Below the pieces are notes generated by a model. It made no database searches, was not told the origin of the DNA, and saw only the letters and a program-made list of their open reading frames with translations. From positions 42,284,001-42,348,000 of the forward strand of contig OZ076411.1 in NCBI GenBank assembly GCA_964187785.1: 64,000 nt of DNA, in the 5' to 3' direction. Positions within the stretch are counted from its first letter, which is position 1, and each line of letters begins with the position of its first letter. The DNA comes from Amphiscolops sp. MND2022 (taxonomy: Eukaryota). A program made the translations under genes and the position numbers. Shown piece by piece: positions 63,885 through 64,000 of the stretch.

Positions 63885-64000
63885 CTTGCACTTTCCATAC
63901 TGTCAAATTTTTCGGCCAACATTGTACAGAGAACACTGATCTGAGAGACACCGTGTCCTTCGGGGGACAACTCTTTCACTAGATGTGATAACGGTTCGTT
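63885..64000 (-). CDS. Candidate upstream exon of the LENG9-like gene (truncated by the window end)
   Basis: Open frame NEPLSHLVKELSPEGHGVSQISVLCTMLAEKFDSMESA ends at a strong AG|GTAAAT donor in phase 2, matching the phase-2 acceptor at 59366. Confidence 0.45.

Overview
Eukaryotic (metazoan invertebrate) genomic DNA: AT-rich and very dense in transposons, with spliceosomal introns and no prokaryotic features. From memory, the repeat landscape resembles the acoel Symsagittifera roscoffensis; this is unverified. Host genes: on the plus strand, a 7-exon orphan gene (15.75-24.78 kb). On the minus strand, a first exon of an SLC18B1-like MFS transporter, then a co-oriented run of two selenocysteine glutathione peroxidases (GPx4-like), a universal stress protein, SLX1, GCDH, NIT2 and a LENG9-like gene (MJ1316 + 2H phosphoesterase). 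Each GPx has an in-frame UGA at the catalytic position and its own SECIS hairpin; the ORF track splits both genes. Mobile elements: a near-intact CRE-like non-LTR retrotransposon (PHD-RT-zinc knuckle-restriction-like endonuclease) preceded by an SGNH-esterase ORF1; a frameshifted DUF659/CGGBP1-type hAT transposase; three foldback-like MITE families with 9-bp TSDs; hAT MITEs with 8-bp TSDs; many Helentron-like non-autonomous elements; tRNA-derived SINEs; a decayed gag remnant; and tandem repeats. All alignments, splice joins and folds were done by eye; no searches were run.
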